From assembly GCA_030141605.1 (NCBI GenBank), contig JAQGDQ010000577.1, positions 1 through 64,000 on the forward strand: a stretch of 64,000 bases of DNA, read 5' to 3'. Below, piece after piece: positions 1 through 12,945 of the stretch (positions within the stretch are counted from its first letter, which is position 1; the number at the start of each line of letters is the position of its first letter). This DNA comes from Tubiluchus corallicola. Its lineage: Eukaryota; Animalia; Priapulida. The notes under the pieces are model-generated. The model saw only the letters and a list, made by a program, of their open reading frames with translations. It ran no database searches and was not told the origin of the DNA. Both the position numbers and the translations under genes were made by a program.

Positions 1-3000
1 TGCACATCCCAATCCCATGCGATGATGTGCTGCTTCCGTTTCCATAACTCCAGAAAAACTGTGGCTGAGAAATAAAATATAATAGATAATTATAAATAAT
101 TTTGTCAAACTGGTGTAGTCTTATACTAGATTCACACTCGTAAGTCTGAAGAGAAATAAAGACCATTCAAAAAAGCATTATGCTTATGCCAGGTTCACAC
201 TGGTTAAAACATGAACATCACAAATCATTAATCTCACAGTTTATTCACATTGGTAATTCTGGACAAAAACATTAATTTTACGTCACAGTCACACTAATAA
301 AACTGGAACCATCATGAAACATTAATCAAATACTATATATATACTGGTATATCTGTATCATAGAATAACCGTTGGACTTGTGCCAGATTCACATTAGTAA
401 ATCTGGACCATTAAAAAAAAAGACATGTTCAATCAGATTACAGCAAGCAGCAATCTCAAACTTGTCTGGCCCAGGGAAGTTTTTAGCTAATCTTGGTATT
501 TGATATAAATGGCATTTGCAGTTTCAAAATAAAATGTAGAAATTATCCAAAACTGTAAAAGCTAAAGAAATGTCTTACCCCAAACAGACATGAATATAGC
601 AAAGAAAACCGTAGCACTATTATCAAAAAGATACGTGAGCTGAAAATCACAAACAAAAATACGTAATACAAAAAAAAACACTTTTCAAAAATATCAAATG
701 TTGAATAAGTGAAAAATACTAACTATTGGCAACTGCTACCCATTCATTAACATAACATATTAATGAGCCAGTATCAGAATACAAAAACACAAGTACGCTA
801 TTAACATACCTTTGAATTAAAACAACTTTCATGAAGGTACCAGTATGGACACCATTTATCACATTGAGGACACATCACAATGGCACCACCTGCTGGATTA
901 CTTTCCTCACAAATTTCATCGCTGAAAGAAACACAATGCTGATAAACATCAAGCAATCAGCATAATTTAGATGTAATTTCTGTGCACAATTTTTAAGAAA
1001 ACTAATTAGTATTTTTACTGCCAAATAAATTCAAGAAATATGCACAATCTTTGTACATATGTATAATTATGTATAATTTTTAAACAAATTATTCATGAAC
1101 AAAATCGAATCGTATGCATGATTTTTGTAAGACCGCTTTTTACTGGTGGTTTGAAAACTTTCAAACTCAATTCGAATTCAATTCAAATTTCAAATATATA
1201 TATATGTGTAATTCGAATTTGGCTTTTGGTAGAGATTACTCACCCCTAACATATAATGTATCAATACCTCATGTATTAAAAAACTTTCTAGGAAGAAACA
1301 GAACATGCCATTTAACACACTCAATGTTTGTGTTTGAGTAAATCTTATACTTGTCGCACACTAGAATTTGTGAACAGATGTACAACTTCAGACAAAAACG
1401 AGAAAGAAAATCCAAGCTTGTCTGCTAAGTGAGTGGCTACTAAGTGTGCTTAGTCGTAATGCTTATCTTAAGGCCTAATTCGATTTCTAAATTTTCTAAA
1501 TATATGAAAGGTTGCTCTGCTCTTTCTTCCGTGTAGTACTTTGAAGCATTGTCGTCAAAAGTGAAAACATTATCCGCAATATTTGTAATACTTTAAAGGT
1601 AGACCGAATTCTCTAATTTAACTAAAGGTTTCAGCAGATGGAACTCTAACAGAAATATTTTAGCATAGGTTGCTGTGCAATAAACAGAAACCATTACGAG
1701 TTTGAGAACTTTTAAACTTAAAAACTAGTGGTTATTCGTTCTCTCCACTTACGTGTGAACAGTTGTTGACAGTGTGAATGCACCATAAAGAAAACAAGCG
1801 AGACCAACAATTGCAGCAGGAATCAATGCGACCGTGTAATATCCCAACCATGTGAAATAGATTGCAATCTTCTCTCCAAAGTACTTCCTGTAAATGTAAG
1901 TAAAATTCAGAATTAAAACTCATTCAACTGATTGTAAAAAGTTTCATCAAATACAATAGACTGTTTTAAAATGGGTGTTACTGATTACAATATCTGTATT
2001 AAGGACAGTGTGAACTTAGCTTAATGAATTTTTATTTTGTAGCTAAGGTGGCTCCATCTAGCTGGAAATTTTTGGGCTTAGGTGTGGGCTTTGACCCAGT
2101 TATGTTGTCATTGTGCTGCTTTGTAGTGTATGTGAACAATATCTTGTGCAAGCTAGCGAAATTTATCATTAGATGTATGCCGCAACGATGTAAGTTTATT
2201 TCTGTTTAATTTTCATTTTGATTTATTCGTTGATATTTTATGTTGATTAACTAACTGTCAATCTAGCTAAACTATGTAACTTTTCATAAAATTAGCCAAT
2301 GTCAGGCGATTTTGCCTTTCTATTTTAGTTATAAATATTGCAGAAATAAAGATCAGTGGTTTACATTAAATTCAACTGAGACATTGAGACATAAATGCCT
2401 CTCAGAGACACTAGCAATGTGATTACTAGTATTCAGTTGAATAGTTTACAACATTCAGAAAATATTCTGAACGGGTGTTATGACTTAAAGTTGTTGCATA
2501 CGCTGTCAAGTAGACATCACAGTGAATTATTCCAACTATTTTGGTAAGTATGCTCAGCTAGCACACTGTTGCTCAGTTACACCCCGATGTCGTTTATTTC
2601 TGTTGGAGTTTGTACTTAGTTATAGTTCTCAACCATTTTGAAACTAAGCACCTTTTTGACCATAATTGATAGGTTATTACACCCTCGCACCTTGCAACGG
2701 GGAAAACGATAAGCCATGGTCTAGAAAAACTAGTGAATTTCGAGATTTCTGGAACATTTAAGTAAAAAAATTATAATGCAAAGTTTGATTGTATCAGATT
2801 CCAAATAATAAGGATACAATATTAAAAAGCTTTGATTTCCTTTCAATTTAAACCTCCCCATTCCGCATGGGAGAATCAGTTCCCTAAACGAGAATGCCAG
2901 AAGTGTCCACAAATGACTTACCGTATCAAGTCCAAAGGTTGTTTCTTGTACCAATTCCTAAATCTCGCCCAGGTTTCAAACAATAACTAAATAGAACAAA

Positions 3001-6000
3001 ATTAAACACTATGAATTTCAGTAAAAAAAACAAATTGCCAAAACTAGGATAAAACCAACTAGAATTATTCTGAATAAGCAACGGCATTTTCAAGACAAAA
3101 CACAATATGTTAATTAATTAAATTAGTGACTCACTTTTCTGTCACTTTCCAGTGATGGAGTCTTTGCAACATCATCATCACCATCACCATCACCGTCATC
3201 TCTAAGGCGACCCTGCAAAAATATGAAATAACAAAACAGTCACAAAGAAAACAAACGTGAGTTTTAACCAAAGAAAAAACTGAGTACTGAGCAAAATCTA
3301 AATAAGCACGATTCTATTAAATTAAGTTTCATCGAGTAATATTAAGCTAAATTAAAAACTGGCTTGCAATGTTCAAGAGTTACGTTTAGCCTCATTTTAA
3401 GTTAAACTGGATACAGACAATTTTTGTCTACATGAAACATATAGTGTGTTTCACATCACAAATGCGTCAAATAAAACTGCTCAAATTTCAGACCACCTGC
3501 GAAACAATAACCATTGTAAAGATAGGTAAAACTTTATGCTCACAACTTCTACATCAGGATTGCAATTTACCTCATGCAGTGGATAAGCAGCTTCATACGT
3601 TCCGTTGTTTAAAAGCGCTGTGATTCCTGCAATGTTTGACAACGGTTTGTAGTGCAAATTTAATCACAATAGTTTGGCAGCGTTAATGATTAAATGAATG
3701 ACTAATTAAAAGTAACCACTGTGGTTAAAAGCCATAAATTACTTCTGGCACATTTGAATATATGTGTGCTTGCATGGCAAAATCATCCATAAGTCGGCAA
3801 TTAAGCTTTTCTAGTTATCCACTTATCATGAATCTCCATTTCATTAGAATAATTTTGATACCAAGCTCATTGCTCTGTGTTATTTCTAAGCTGAGATAAT
3901 CCACATTGAAGTTGGGGTGCAGGCTATGCACTGAGAAACATAATCTTGAGAAAATCACTGTTAAAGTTCCCCATTGTTTTTTGTCGCATTTCTACAAAAC
4001 ACTCTTAGCAACTGTAGAAAATGTTGGTTGCTATGGACTCTGCAAGAGCACGTTGAAGTTATGTTTAAATCCAGTAGATGGTTTTTTCCAACAAAGATCT
4101 GGGCTTGGCAACAGAAAAAAACTGCAATTAAAATGACTGCTTCCACGAGCTACTATCAGAGTTTGAAAATATGTGTTTTTCACAATTGCAACATTAGCTT
4201 TTAGCCAGAAGAGTTACGTATTATAAAATTAAATTTTTAGTATTTTTTGATCATTTTTCTCATGATTTGATACTAAAATATGAAAGTCCAATACATTTAG
4301 CCTTCGTTTTTATAAAAACAAATAAAAATGTCATTCTACTTTGAAGCATCGTAACGTAGTTTTAACTATGCCGACTCGTGTGCAGTTTTGATTTGCAATA
4401 ACACATATATTGGACACTAGAGATGCTATCAACAAAGGAATCTGAATGAATCGAATTTTTGACTTTCGAACTTCAATCAAACCGAATTTCAAGATTTCGA
4501 ATCAGAAGAATTCAAATTCAGTTTTAAAGATTTTCTAATAAATTTTCAAATCACTAATAAAAAACAGACTCTTGCATATTATATTGCTTAATTTTGTTCT
4601 GCAGGAAAAACGCTAATAATTTGTTTGAAAATTATTCACAGAAATTGCGCTAAATTGCATAATGCTTCAAATGATAAAGAACAGGTGTAGTTGAAGAGGC
4701 GACTTATTCGAATCCATAATTTTAGGTTCAAATAAAATTTGATTTAAACTCACTCGAGTCGAATTCGAACTTTCGAACTCCAACGTTCGACAGTCACCTA
4801 ATTAGTCACAAATATTGTGGTTGTTGCAGTTTTAAAATCCTATTTATAATTACCGAATTTATTCTCTTCTTTATCATATCTTGCCCGCTTCAAGATCTCA
4901 AAAACGATTTGAAATCTTTGAGCTCTTGTGAAAAATGTGTCTTTATCTTCAATAATATACCTAAGCAGAAATTACATAAAGCAAACTCAAAAATCAGTAA
5001 TTTCGCCTTAAAAAATAGAAAAAGCAGCAAACATGAAACAAAACTACTAATGCACACCAAAGACACACGATTCTTAAACCTTCCCATAGCAGCTCAGCAG
5101 GCAATCTTCTTGTTAATCAAACCACTGTTTAGTTTAAAAAGCTGTTTTGTTTAAAACCAAAAATCTACTGAAATTTATACCAATGTTTTCAACAAATAAT
5201 AGTAATAATTACAGAAAATACTGTTTTTGGCGATAACTGTCAAGCTCACTCGTTTGTACAATTAGATGCCAAAGTAAACGTTTGGTGCTCCAGCAAAAAC
5301 TGGCATTAGCATTCGTTAAAACAGGATTATTTTAGACATTTAGGAAACTATCACGCCCTTGGTAAGTTTTCATTAAAATGATATTAGAACTTACATGATC
5401 ACAACAGTTCTCAATGTTATATTAAACCTGTGCTTATATTAACACCACCATTAATGCAACAGAAACACTTAAAAAATCTTGACCGAGTTTCCTTTAAGAT
5501 CATTATTTTCATTCTTCAAGCGTAGAGTAACTAATGTGTTAAACTATAATCTCTGTCAGCTATAATCTCTTTTATTCCACTTAAAGGAAGACAAGATGAT
5601 TTTTTTATATACTACCCTATTTTCAAATCCAAGTATACATTTTAAAATAATTAATACTGCAAATGCATTTTTGGTAATTAAATAATAGATTAAAAACTTA
5701 ATTAACGGCGGGTGAGCCCAACTATTGATGACATCACAAACTAACATAATTTACAAAAGCAAAAATATTCTACGAGCGTATTCCATGAGTTTGTAAAAAT
5801 GAAAATTGAAGTACAGTGCTACTGTAAGAAATTCAGTGTGTAGTACTAAAACTAGGCAAATTTTAGGATAAAAATTCAAATATCATATTTACTGCTGCGC
5901 TCATGCATGAGTTGTCGAACGTGTGTAATTTGTTAGAAACTAATACATCTGAATTGAGAAGCACAGCACCTGTTTCTGTGTAATGCATTTCCGAAATACA

Positions 6001-9000
6001 GGCGCTAGTGCCCGTCTAACTAGCAAATGGCGAAATGCATGTAACAGTTAAGAAATAGTGGCACGCGCGCGGAAACTGTGTTTATGTGGTAATAATTCTT
6101 TCACGTGTCATTTTTATTTTTGAAAAAATAGTAATTTCCCTTTCAATATTTTAAAGAGTAGATTGTTTTGAACTACAGTTTAACATTGGGTACGGTTTTG
6201 CTTTAGTAATATTGTTGGTGAGTTTTGAGAATTTTTTGCCAAATTTTTATAGCATCTAGTTGGCTTTTTGGTGAGCCTTAAAAGTTTGGACGGTTTTTAC
6301 ATTGTAACTTCAAATGCTATATTTATTGTAGTCTATAATATAATATCTTCCCACACAATTTCCTTTGTATGAGATATTATAATTTTTTGTGTCTTGACAA
6401 TTTTCACTGAGAATTTTGCAGTGTATAAAATTGAAAGCAACAAAAAATTATTTGCTGCTGGTGGCCGAGAAACTCCCTGTTATTAACTTTTTTAAATTAA
6501 GACAGAAAAAATGTAACAATGTTAGAACTCACAGTTCCTGGTGATCCTGATCAAACGGAGCAGTAAAATAATTTGGCTCCGGCGGAATTATGTCTTCATC
6601 CACTTCAAACCATGTTAATCCACAACATCCAGCCTCGTCTTCTTCTAAATCATTTTTCTAACGAAAGGGAAAAAAAGAGACTCATAATAGTAAATTCTTG
6701 TGCACCTCCAATATTGTAAAGTAATTTGAAGAAAGGAGTTTAAATAAATTAGTAAAAATGATTTTTCATAAATATGCATTCATAAAACCATGGTTCCCAC
6801 AGAATTTTAAAATAAATTTCCCTGATTTTTCCATGACTTTTACCTGGCCAAATATTGATTTTCCATGATTACCAGTATATATATATTACCAGTATTTATA
6901 TATATATATATAAATATTCAAATATTTTTGTGTAGGAACATTCATACATATAGTGATAAATAAAATGTGTAGGACAATCATTTTTTTAGAACAGAAATCG
7001 AAACCGGGAGCCTGCCATAGCAAAATTTTATTTGAACATGAATCGCTGAAAAATATGTTTGGAAAAATATCGGTTCACGGTGATTATTTTTGCAACCCTT
7101 TTCAATTTCCCTGACATTTTGCCCCATTCTCATCATTTTCCCTGACTTTTGACCAAATTATCTTTTTGCCTGACTTTTCCATGACTTTGCAGGATAGCCT
7201 GCATTTTCCTTGACCGTGGAAAACCTACCAGCTAAGAATATAGGATAGCTACACTACAATTCTTCTGAAGAAGGGAACCTAACATATAAACTAATCAGAA
7301 TTTATAAATTACTTACTTGCAGCAAATTTGATTAACAATAGTTATTAAGCATTTAAAGTACACTTACATAAAACCCTCCACTTACATAAAGCTTAAAAAT
7401 TTCATCTTAAAATTTTACACCACTTACATACTGCCTTTGCAAGCGTGGCTCGTGTCGGCAGTAACGCTGTATGACCGTAAGGCGCAGCCATTTTAATGGT
7501 AGGTCATTTGAAAGAAGTTGAGATAACATTGTGTGAAGTTTAAAAAAACAATCAGAGCATTTGTAGCGCACACGTCACTAACTAAGTAAAATTTTAAATG
7601 ACTGTATCTTGTCAATAAGATTAAAAATGAGTTTTTGGTTAGCGAGTGAGCCCACATTTTATCAAATGGGCACAAACATTTTAAACTATTATTTCTAGTT
7701 ACATAAGTCTTTCCAGTAGGTACGCGAAATGCTAAGTAATATAGATTTGCATGAAAAGTTTTTTGGGACATAATTTAACATTGCCTTTTCTTTCACTGAT
7801 TTACATTTGTGTAGGTGACATTACATAATGGCGCCATTGGAACAGTATTGCGAGAGTTTTAAAATGAAAACAAACAAAAAATTCTTTTTAATGCAAGTAT
7901 GACATGTACATAAAATTGCTGTAAAGCAATATAGTTTTTAAGGCGATTTTTCTTAAACCTACTTCAGGTTTCTCGTCGTTTAAATAAAAATATATTACAA
8001 TAAGAATATAGAATTAAACATATATCGATCAAACGTTAATACAGTAGAATCGAAATATTAAAGTCTTTACATACCAGTATGGGAACTTTAATATTCATAA
8101 TATCTGCATATTCACACAGTACATCCCAAGGTGCATGTACACGTGTGCAGAATACGGTATCTCTCAGGTTTTCCTAAAATCATAAAATAACACGTTGATA
8201 AGTAACTACAAGTTTTACTTTGTAAGCTGGCAAATGACAAGTGTCTGACAGTGTAGATAGCAACCACATAAACAATATAGACAACAAGAAAACATGATGA
8301 GAACAAAGCGGGGCAAAATAAAATGACAAAAACTAGAAAGAGCCATAAATAGGATGAGAAAAAACAAAACTTCTCAACACTAAACATAACAACACGGGAA
8401 AAGGTAAAACAGGACAGGACAGGACAGGAAACAATAGCACATGAAGGACATGTCAGAAAAGAATAGCATATAATAGAACAGAACAGGACAGGACAGAAGA
8501 GGACAGGACAGGACAGAACAGGACAGGACAGGACAAAACAGGACAGGACAGGTCAAGATTTGAAAGAATAGCACATAACCGGATAGGACAGGACAAGACA
8601 GGAAAGAATAGCACAGAACAGCACAGGACAAGACAGGAAAGAATAGCACATAACAGGATAGGACAGGATAAGAAAGGAAAGAATAGAACATAGCAAAACA
8701 GGACAGAAGAGGACAGGATAAGAAAGAGTACGAGATCAAAAAGGGAGACTTGACAAGGGCATGAAATAAAATAAACAGGATAGAATGAATCATACTACCC
8801 AAAAACAAACAACAGGTAGACAAAAAGTCACTAGGGAAGAGAATTGGGAAGAACAGGGGGAAACATGACAGGGCAAACAGAACAGAACAAAAGTGAACTG
8901 GGCACAAAAAGGCACAGTGACACAACACAGAAGCAGATTGAATAAACAGAGAAGAAGAAGGAAGTCATGCTACACTCCTAATAACGTTTAACGAATAAAA

Positions 9001-11955
9001 ATATATAAACGCAGTTCACATCAAATTAATAAGTTTAATCTGTGAATAAAATGGCACAATTAACAGATACATACACACTGTTCTTCATCGTGTTCTAGTT
9101 CAAGTCCCCGCTCCATCAAGGCTTTCTCATAAGCCAGTCTTTTCTCCGTCCATTTATCGCTCTTCTCTTTGTACACCAGCACATAGTCGATGATCCGCAC
9201 GCCATCAGAGAAAAAGAGATCTTCCGGCAATAGCTTCTCCTGCGAGGAAGTGCCATAATGAATCATACGTTTAGACGCAAGTGGCTGATTCTCGTTCATT
9301 ATAACCGTGATGTTAATATCATTTCAGTAACAATGTAATCACGTAATTTGAAGCACCTGTGTTTGGTACACAAACCGTGCAAAAAGAAGAAATTTACACT
9401 AATTTATGACGTTTCAGAATTGGTGAAAGTTTGCCAGTTTAATACACCACCTGTGAACAGCCCGAAATTGTTTTTATTCACAACTCTCTTCCTTAATTGA
9501 TTTCTATATCATTCTTGCAAATAAATTTATTACAGAGAGTAAATCAATCACCTTCTTTTGACCAAAGTTCGCTGTTAGTTTCAGTTGGCTTGATGCACTG
9601 TCTTTGAAGCTGTTAACAGACCCTGTAAAACATAGTTACGCAAAAGCCACATAATAGTGAATGAAGTTATGAGCTGCCACACGCATGTGCTTGGTTAGAT
9701 TACTTGTAGGTCAAAATTAAATCCAAAATTTCACTGATCGGAAGTAGTATTAAGACAAAAAAGATATGTTTCATCACTATTACTGCCACAAAATCACAAA
9801 TGTCAACGCAAGAAACACAATTTCTTATAACATTTACAGTTTTTACTTTAAAACAGTTAGTATAATTTGCACAATACCAAGTTGTACGATTATAACAGTG
9901 TTTAAGATGAACTTTGGTCTCTCAAGTGTGAACATTGCGCCCCTTATTTACAAGCAGCTAACGTGTAGCCACGACCTTAATTTGTTTGCTGTAATAATAA
10001 ATGTGTCAATGTTTGTAAACATTTTGTTGACATGCGGTAACTAAAAAAATTAGTTGCTTAGTAATTTAGGGAGATTATGCTGTCTGGGGCTCTAACAGAA
10101 CAAACATTAGATGGTGGAGAACCCTACTTAATGGAAATAACATGAACTGAAATAATAACAGACAGGCTGATAGTCCTAGGCTGATAGTTCTGTCCCGTCC
10201 ATCTCTATTTGTGAATATAAGGTTTTTTGTGTAATGAGCAGATTAAACAATTACTTGTGGTGTATTAGAAACACTATTAACCTAGTTTCCGCGTGGTCAT
10301 TATTAATTACATGTACAATATTTGCATAAGGTTTATATTCAAGTAGGTTGCGCAACTGCTTGTTGTGTAATACCTTGCACATGTGCGCTACGTGGCACTT
10401 ATCTAGAAGCTGTGCAAAATAACTGCTTGTGGTGTGTTATAAAATGCGCTCCTTACATGAATATGAAAGTGTACACATTTTCCAACGAGAATAAATTTTT
10501 TTCTAAAATGTGATGCACCTCAAACTTTGGCGCCCTAACCTAGTTAGCCAATTGGTTAATACGTCCCTGCTAACAGATTCTATTCTAGCGGTTAAGAACC
10601 TTTGCCATCATTCTGAACACTGTAATGTTAGAATATAAATAACTACCAGTACTTTTAAATACCTACTACTTTCAGTCGGATTCAAATACCAAGTTTTTTT
10701 ATACTGCTCAGCACATCGCAAGCCAATATCCAGTATTTAAGGCTAAAGGTCACCTAATGTAGACAGGTGTGGTGGGACAGGAATATTTCTCAATATCAAA
10801 GATTATCCTCAATGATGAGACACTGAATGAGCAAAGGTGCCAACACCAATCTAACGACATGTCTAAAATTTTCCTTAACAAAATAAAACATAAATCACCC
10901 AAACACCTACTGACCAGACCTAAAGCTGCTTAATGGTGATTACTAACACAGCTACGCCTAACAACATTGCTGTGACCACTCGGCTACGCCCCTTGAAACC
11001 TCACTTTATCCCTTTAACCCATTATGCTTCCAAATTTCCCGGGAAACGCCTAAGCTCAATTGCAGATGCCCTACTTAACAGCACTTTCCACTGTGCACTA
11101 GTGGCATTCTTTTCTTTCACAAAGGGTTAAGAAAGCCACACATAATGAATATATACCAAGACGTTGTAGAACAAATATGGCGAAACATTTCATTAGGTAT
11201 ACGGGACCAGTCCTATGGCACAATAGACTAAGCCACAATTCAAAATGTAGTCACTCCCTTTCAACTTTTAAAAAAACCGTCAGAAAAGAAATATTTCAAA
11301 AGTATTGAGAGTAACACAGTTTGATAATGGTAATCACGTGCATTCTTTTTCCACAGTAATCTTAATAAAATGCAACTATGCTCAACAGGTTACTGAACAC
11401 TTTATAATCATGATCACAGTTTTTCTTAGTTCTCGCTCCATTTCATCTTTCATTCACTACTCCCCCCACACTTTTATGTATATATTATCATTATTTCAAT
11501 TATTAATCACTTCTTTAAGATTTCCACGTACAGTTTGGCCTGTCAAGCTATGCTTTTAGGCTCAAACTGTATGCATCAAAATTATTCTGTAATGTAATGT
11601 GCACATGTATATGCTGCATAAGAATCTCTTTTGTAATTTCTGGATTATATTGCATTTATATTTATATTTACTTCAGTGAAATTATCTGTATTTTTATTAT
11701 AACTGTTAGATGCAGAGTGGAAATCAATAAACTTATAACTTATACACCATCTTCAAAGTTAATGAGGAAAGCCATCTTGTTTAACAACACCAGAACAACT
11801 AGAGTAAGAACAGACTCGATCAAATGACAAATTTGCTAATATTACAAAGCATATAAATTAGTGAAAAGAACACTGTAATATTAGCATTGAAGCAGCTAAA
11901 TCTACAACAAAGCAAAACAGGTAAGAAAGATGTTACCTGGCAAATTATCTTCCAT
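1..11955 (-). CDS. Anoctamin/TMEM16 family Ca2+-activated channel/scramblase (ANO5/6-like N-terminal region); 5' part, gene runs off the left edge of the window
   Basis: Phase-consistent GT-AG exons: 11937-11955 (MEDNLP), 9552-9622, 9075-9239 ([15 protein letters not shown]...GLELE), 8075-8173 ([20 protein letters not shown]), 6533-6657 ([11 protein letters not shown]), 4854-4960 ([22 protein letters not shown]), 3571-3626 (YEAAYPLHE), 3135-3212, 2922-2986 ([11 protein letters not shown]), 1753-1887 ([18 protein letters not shown]), 810-921 ([12 protein letters not shown]), 579-639 ([17 protein letters not shown]), 1-64 (FLELWKRKQ). The first two small exons are inferred from splice signals and phase only. 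Confidence 0.95.
3764..4404 (+). mobile_element. MITE family A copy 1 (Sola1-like, AWWT 4-bp TSD)
   Basis: TIR GTGTGCTTGCATGGCAAAATCATCCATAAGTCGGCA...; flanks atat/atat; homologous to 14952-15566, 20574-21138, 46692-47306. Confidence 0.8.
4418..4800. mobile_element. Degenerate Ac-like hAT MITE with TCGAA subterminal repeats
   Basis: TAGAGATG ... CACCTA ends with clustered tcgaa/ttcga motifs at both ends; no clear TSD. Confidence 0.45.
5155..6202 (+). mobile_element. Dispersed repeat family C copy 1 (Kolobok-like non-autonomous DNA element)
   Basis: Reverse-complement homology to 50168-50957 (e.g. gaagtacagtgctactgtaag; cccgtctaac); TTAA/TTAG flanks. Confidence 0.6.
6789..7227 (+). mobile_element. 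MITE family D copy 1
   Basis: Ends ...GGTTCCCAC / GTGGAAAACC; subterminal ttccctgac/ttccatgac repeats; homologous to 34335-34837. Confidence 0.7.
7357..7979 (+). mobile_element. MITE family B copy 1 (Kolobok-like, TTAA-flanked)
   Basis: Body aaaaccctccacttacataaagc... shared with 22274-22900 (inverted) and 36210-36858; TTAA at both flanks. Confidence 0.7.
8390..8900. repeat. Degenerate pentanucleotide (GGACA/AGAAC) low-complexity tract
   Basis: Runs of aggacaggac... producing the spurious SCPVL ORF. Confidence 0.9.
10163..10569 (+). mobile_element. hAT-like MITE family F copy 1
   Basis: Body (ctgatagttc...gattaaacaa.tacttgtggtgtattag...ggcgcccta) shared with 43788-44168; right end acgtccctg. 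Confidence 0.6.
11140..11745 (+). mobile_element. L2/CR1/Crack-type LINE 3' end
   Basis: Peptide [25 protein letters not shown]...SLSTFKK* then 3' stem-loop (tacagtttg...caaactgta) and aataaacttataacttata tail. Confidence 0.7.
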
Positions 11956-12945
11956 TGTCTCAGTCAATCAGATTAATCAAAATGTCAATTGGCAGGTTTA
12001 CCTGAAATACGTTGAAAACTGTTACCTTAGACAATCAAGAGTTGAAAAAAGCTAAAAAAGTTGATAATTAAACAGGTAAAGCCCTATGAATGGTCAGTTT
12101 AGGCAAACCACAGGTAATACCATTTTTTCACACACTAGTTAAACCTAAAAACAATGCACATAGTTAAAAAATACATACCTTTTGCTAGACATTACAACAC
12201 ATTTTTGTCACATCACTATGCAAAACCGGTTTGCACATTTCAGGACTTCGATTAGATTAGCATACGATCTATTATCCAAGTTTAGCGTAACATATATTGA
12301 TAAATCTGCACTCCACGCTAACAGCGCTTAACCTTTGAAACAACACAGGTAAATATAGCAAACCGTGTTTAAACACAAGTCAATTCAGCCGATAATATGC
12401 CAACAGTTTATCCTCAGCAACCAGACATGTCCTATCATCACCATCTTCTAGCTGATAAAAAATGTGCAAATAAAAATGTTCAGATTTTTCACATAAGAGG
12501 TGCAGTGCATAGTACTTTACTACTGAGCTGCTACTGTACTACTGAGTTTTAAACAAGTCACATATATATAACAGCAGTAGAGAAACGCGTAGCAAAAGTT
12601 TCATTGTTAAGATCAATAAATATGCTGCTAAGTTTAGCTTCAATTGTGTTTTTGATGCTTAGAAGGCTTTGACGCTTTTGATGCGTCACAGCAGCCAATG
12701 TTAAAGATTATTGAAATGTCACAGTCTAATATTTGCTTTCAGGTAAGACTTAAGCAAACAATGAAATTAGGTAACAATAAGATGTCGTTAAGTAAAGTAA
12801 GGCTTACTGAGTTTTAATTACAAAAAAAGCTATAAACCTCTTTTGCTAAGTTACAATTAGTTATATGTAGTCTAGCAATATTTCATTAGGCCAGCATCTC
12901 AGAAAATCATGGTTCAACTCTAGACTCAAACCTGATTTTATCATA

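Noticed and set aside
100-420. Degenerate repeat of about 60 bp (gattcacac/attggtaa motif)
   Set aside because: Old decayed intronic tandem repeat; too degenerate to define reliably.
5395-5427. 33-nt frame-preserving cassette exon in anoctamin intron (cag...|gtaagt)
   Set aside because: No polypyrimidine tract, lies within a dispersed repeat, and flanking exons already join into a typical anoctamin sequence.
8380-8928. 182-aa Cys/Leu-rich ORF
   Set aside because: Pentanucleotide low-complexity tract inside an anoctamin intron.
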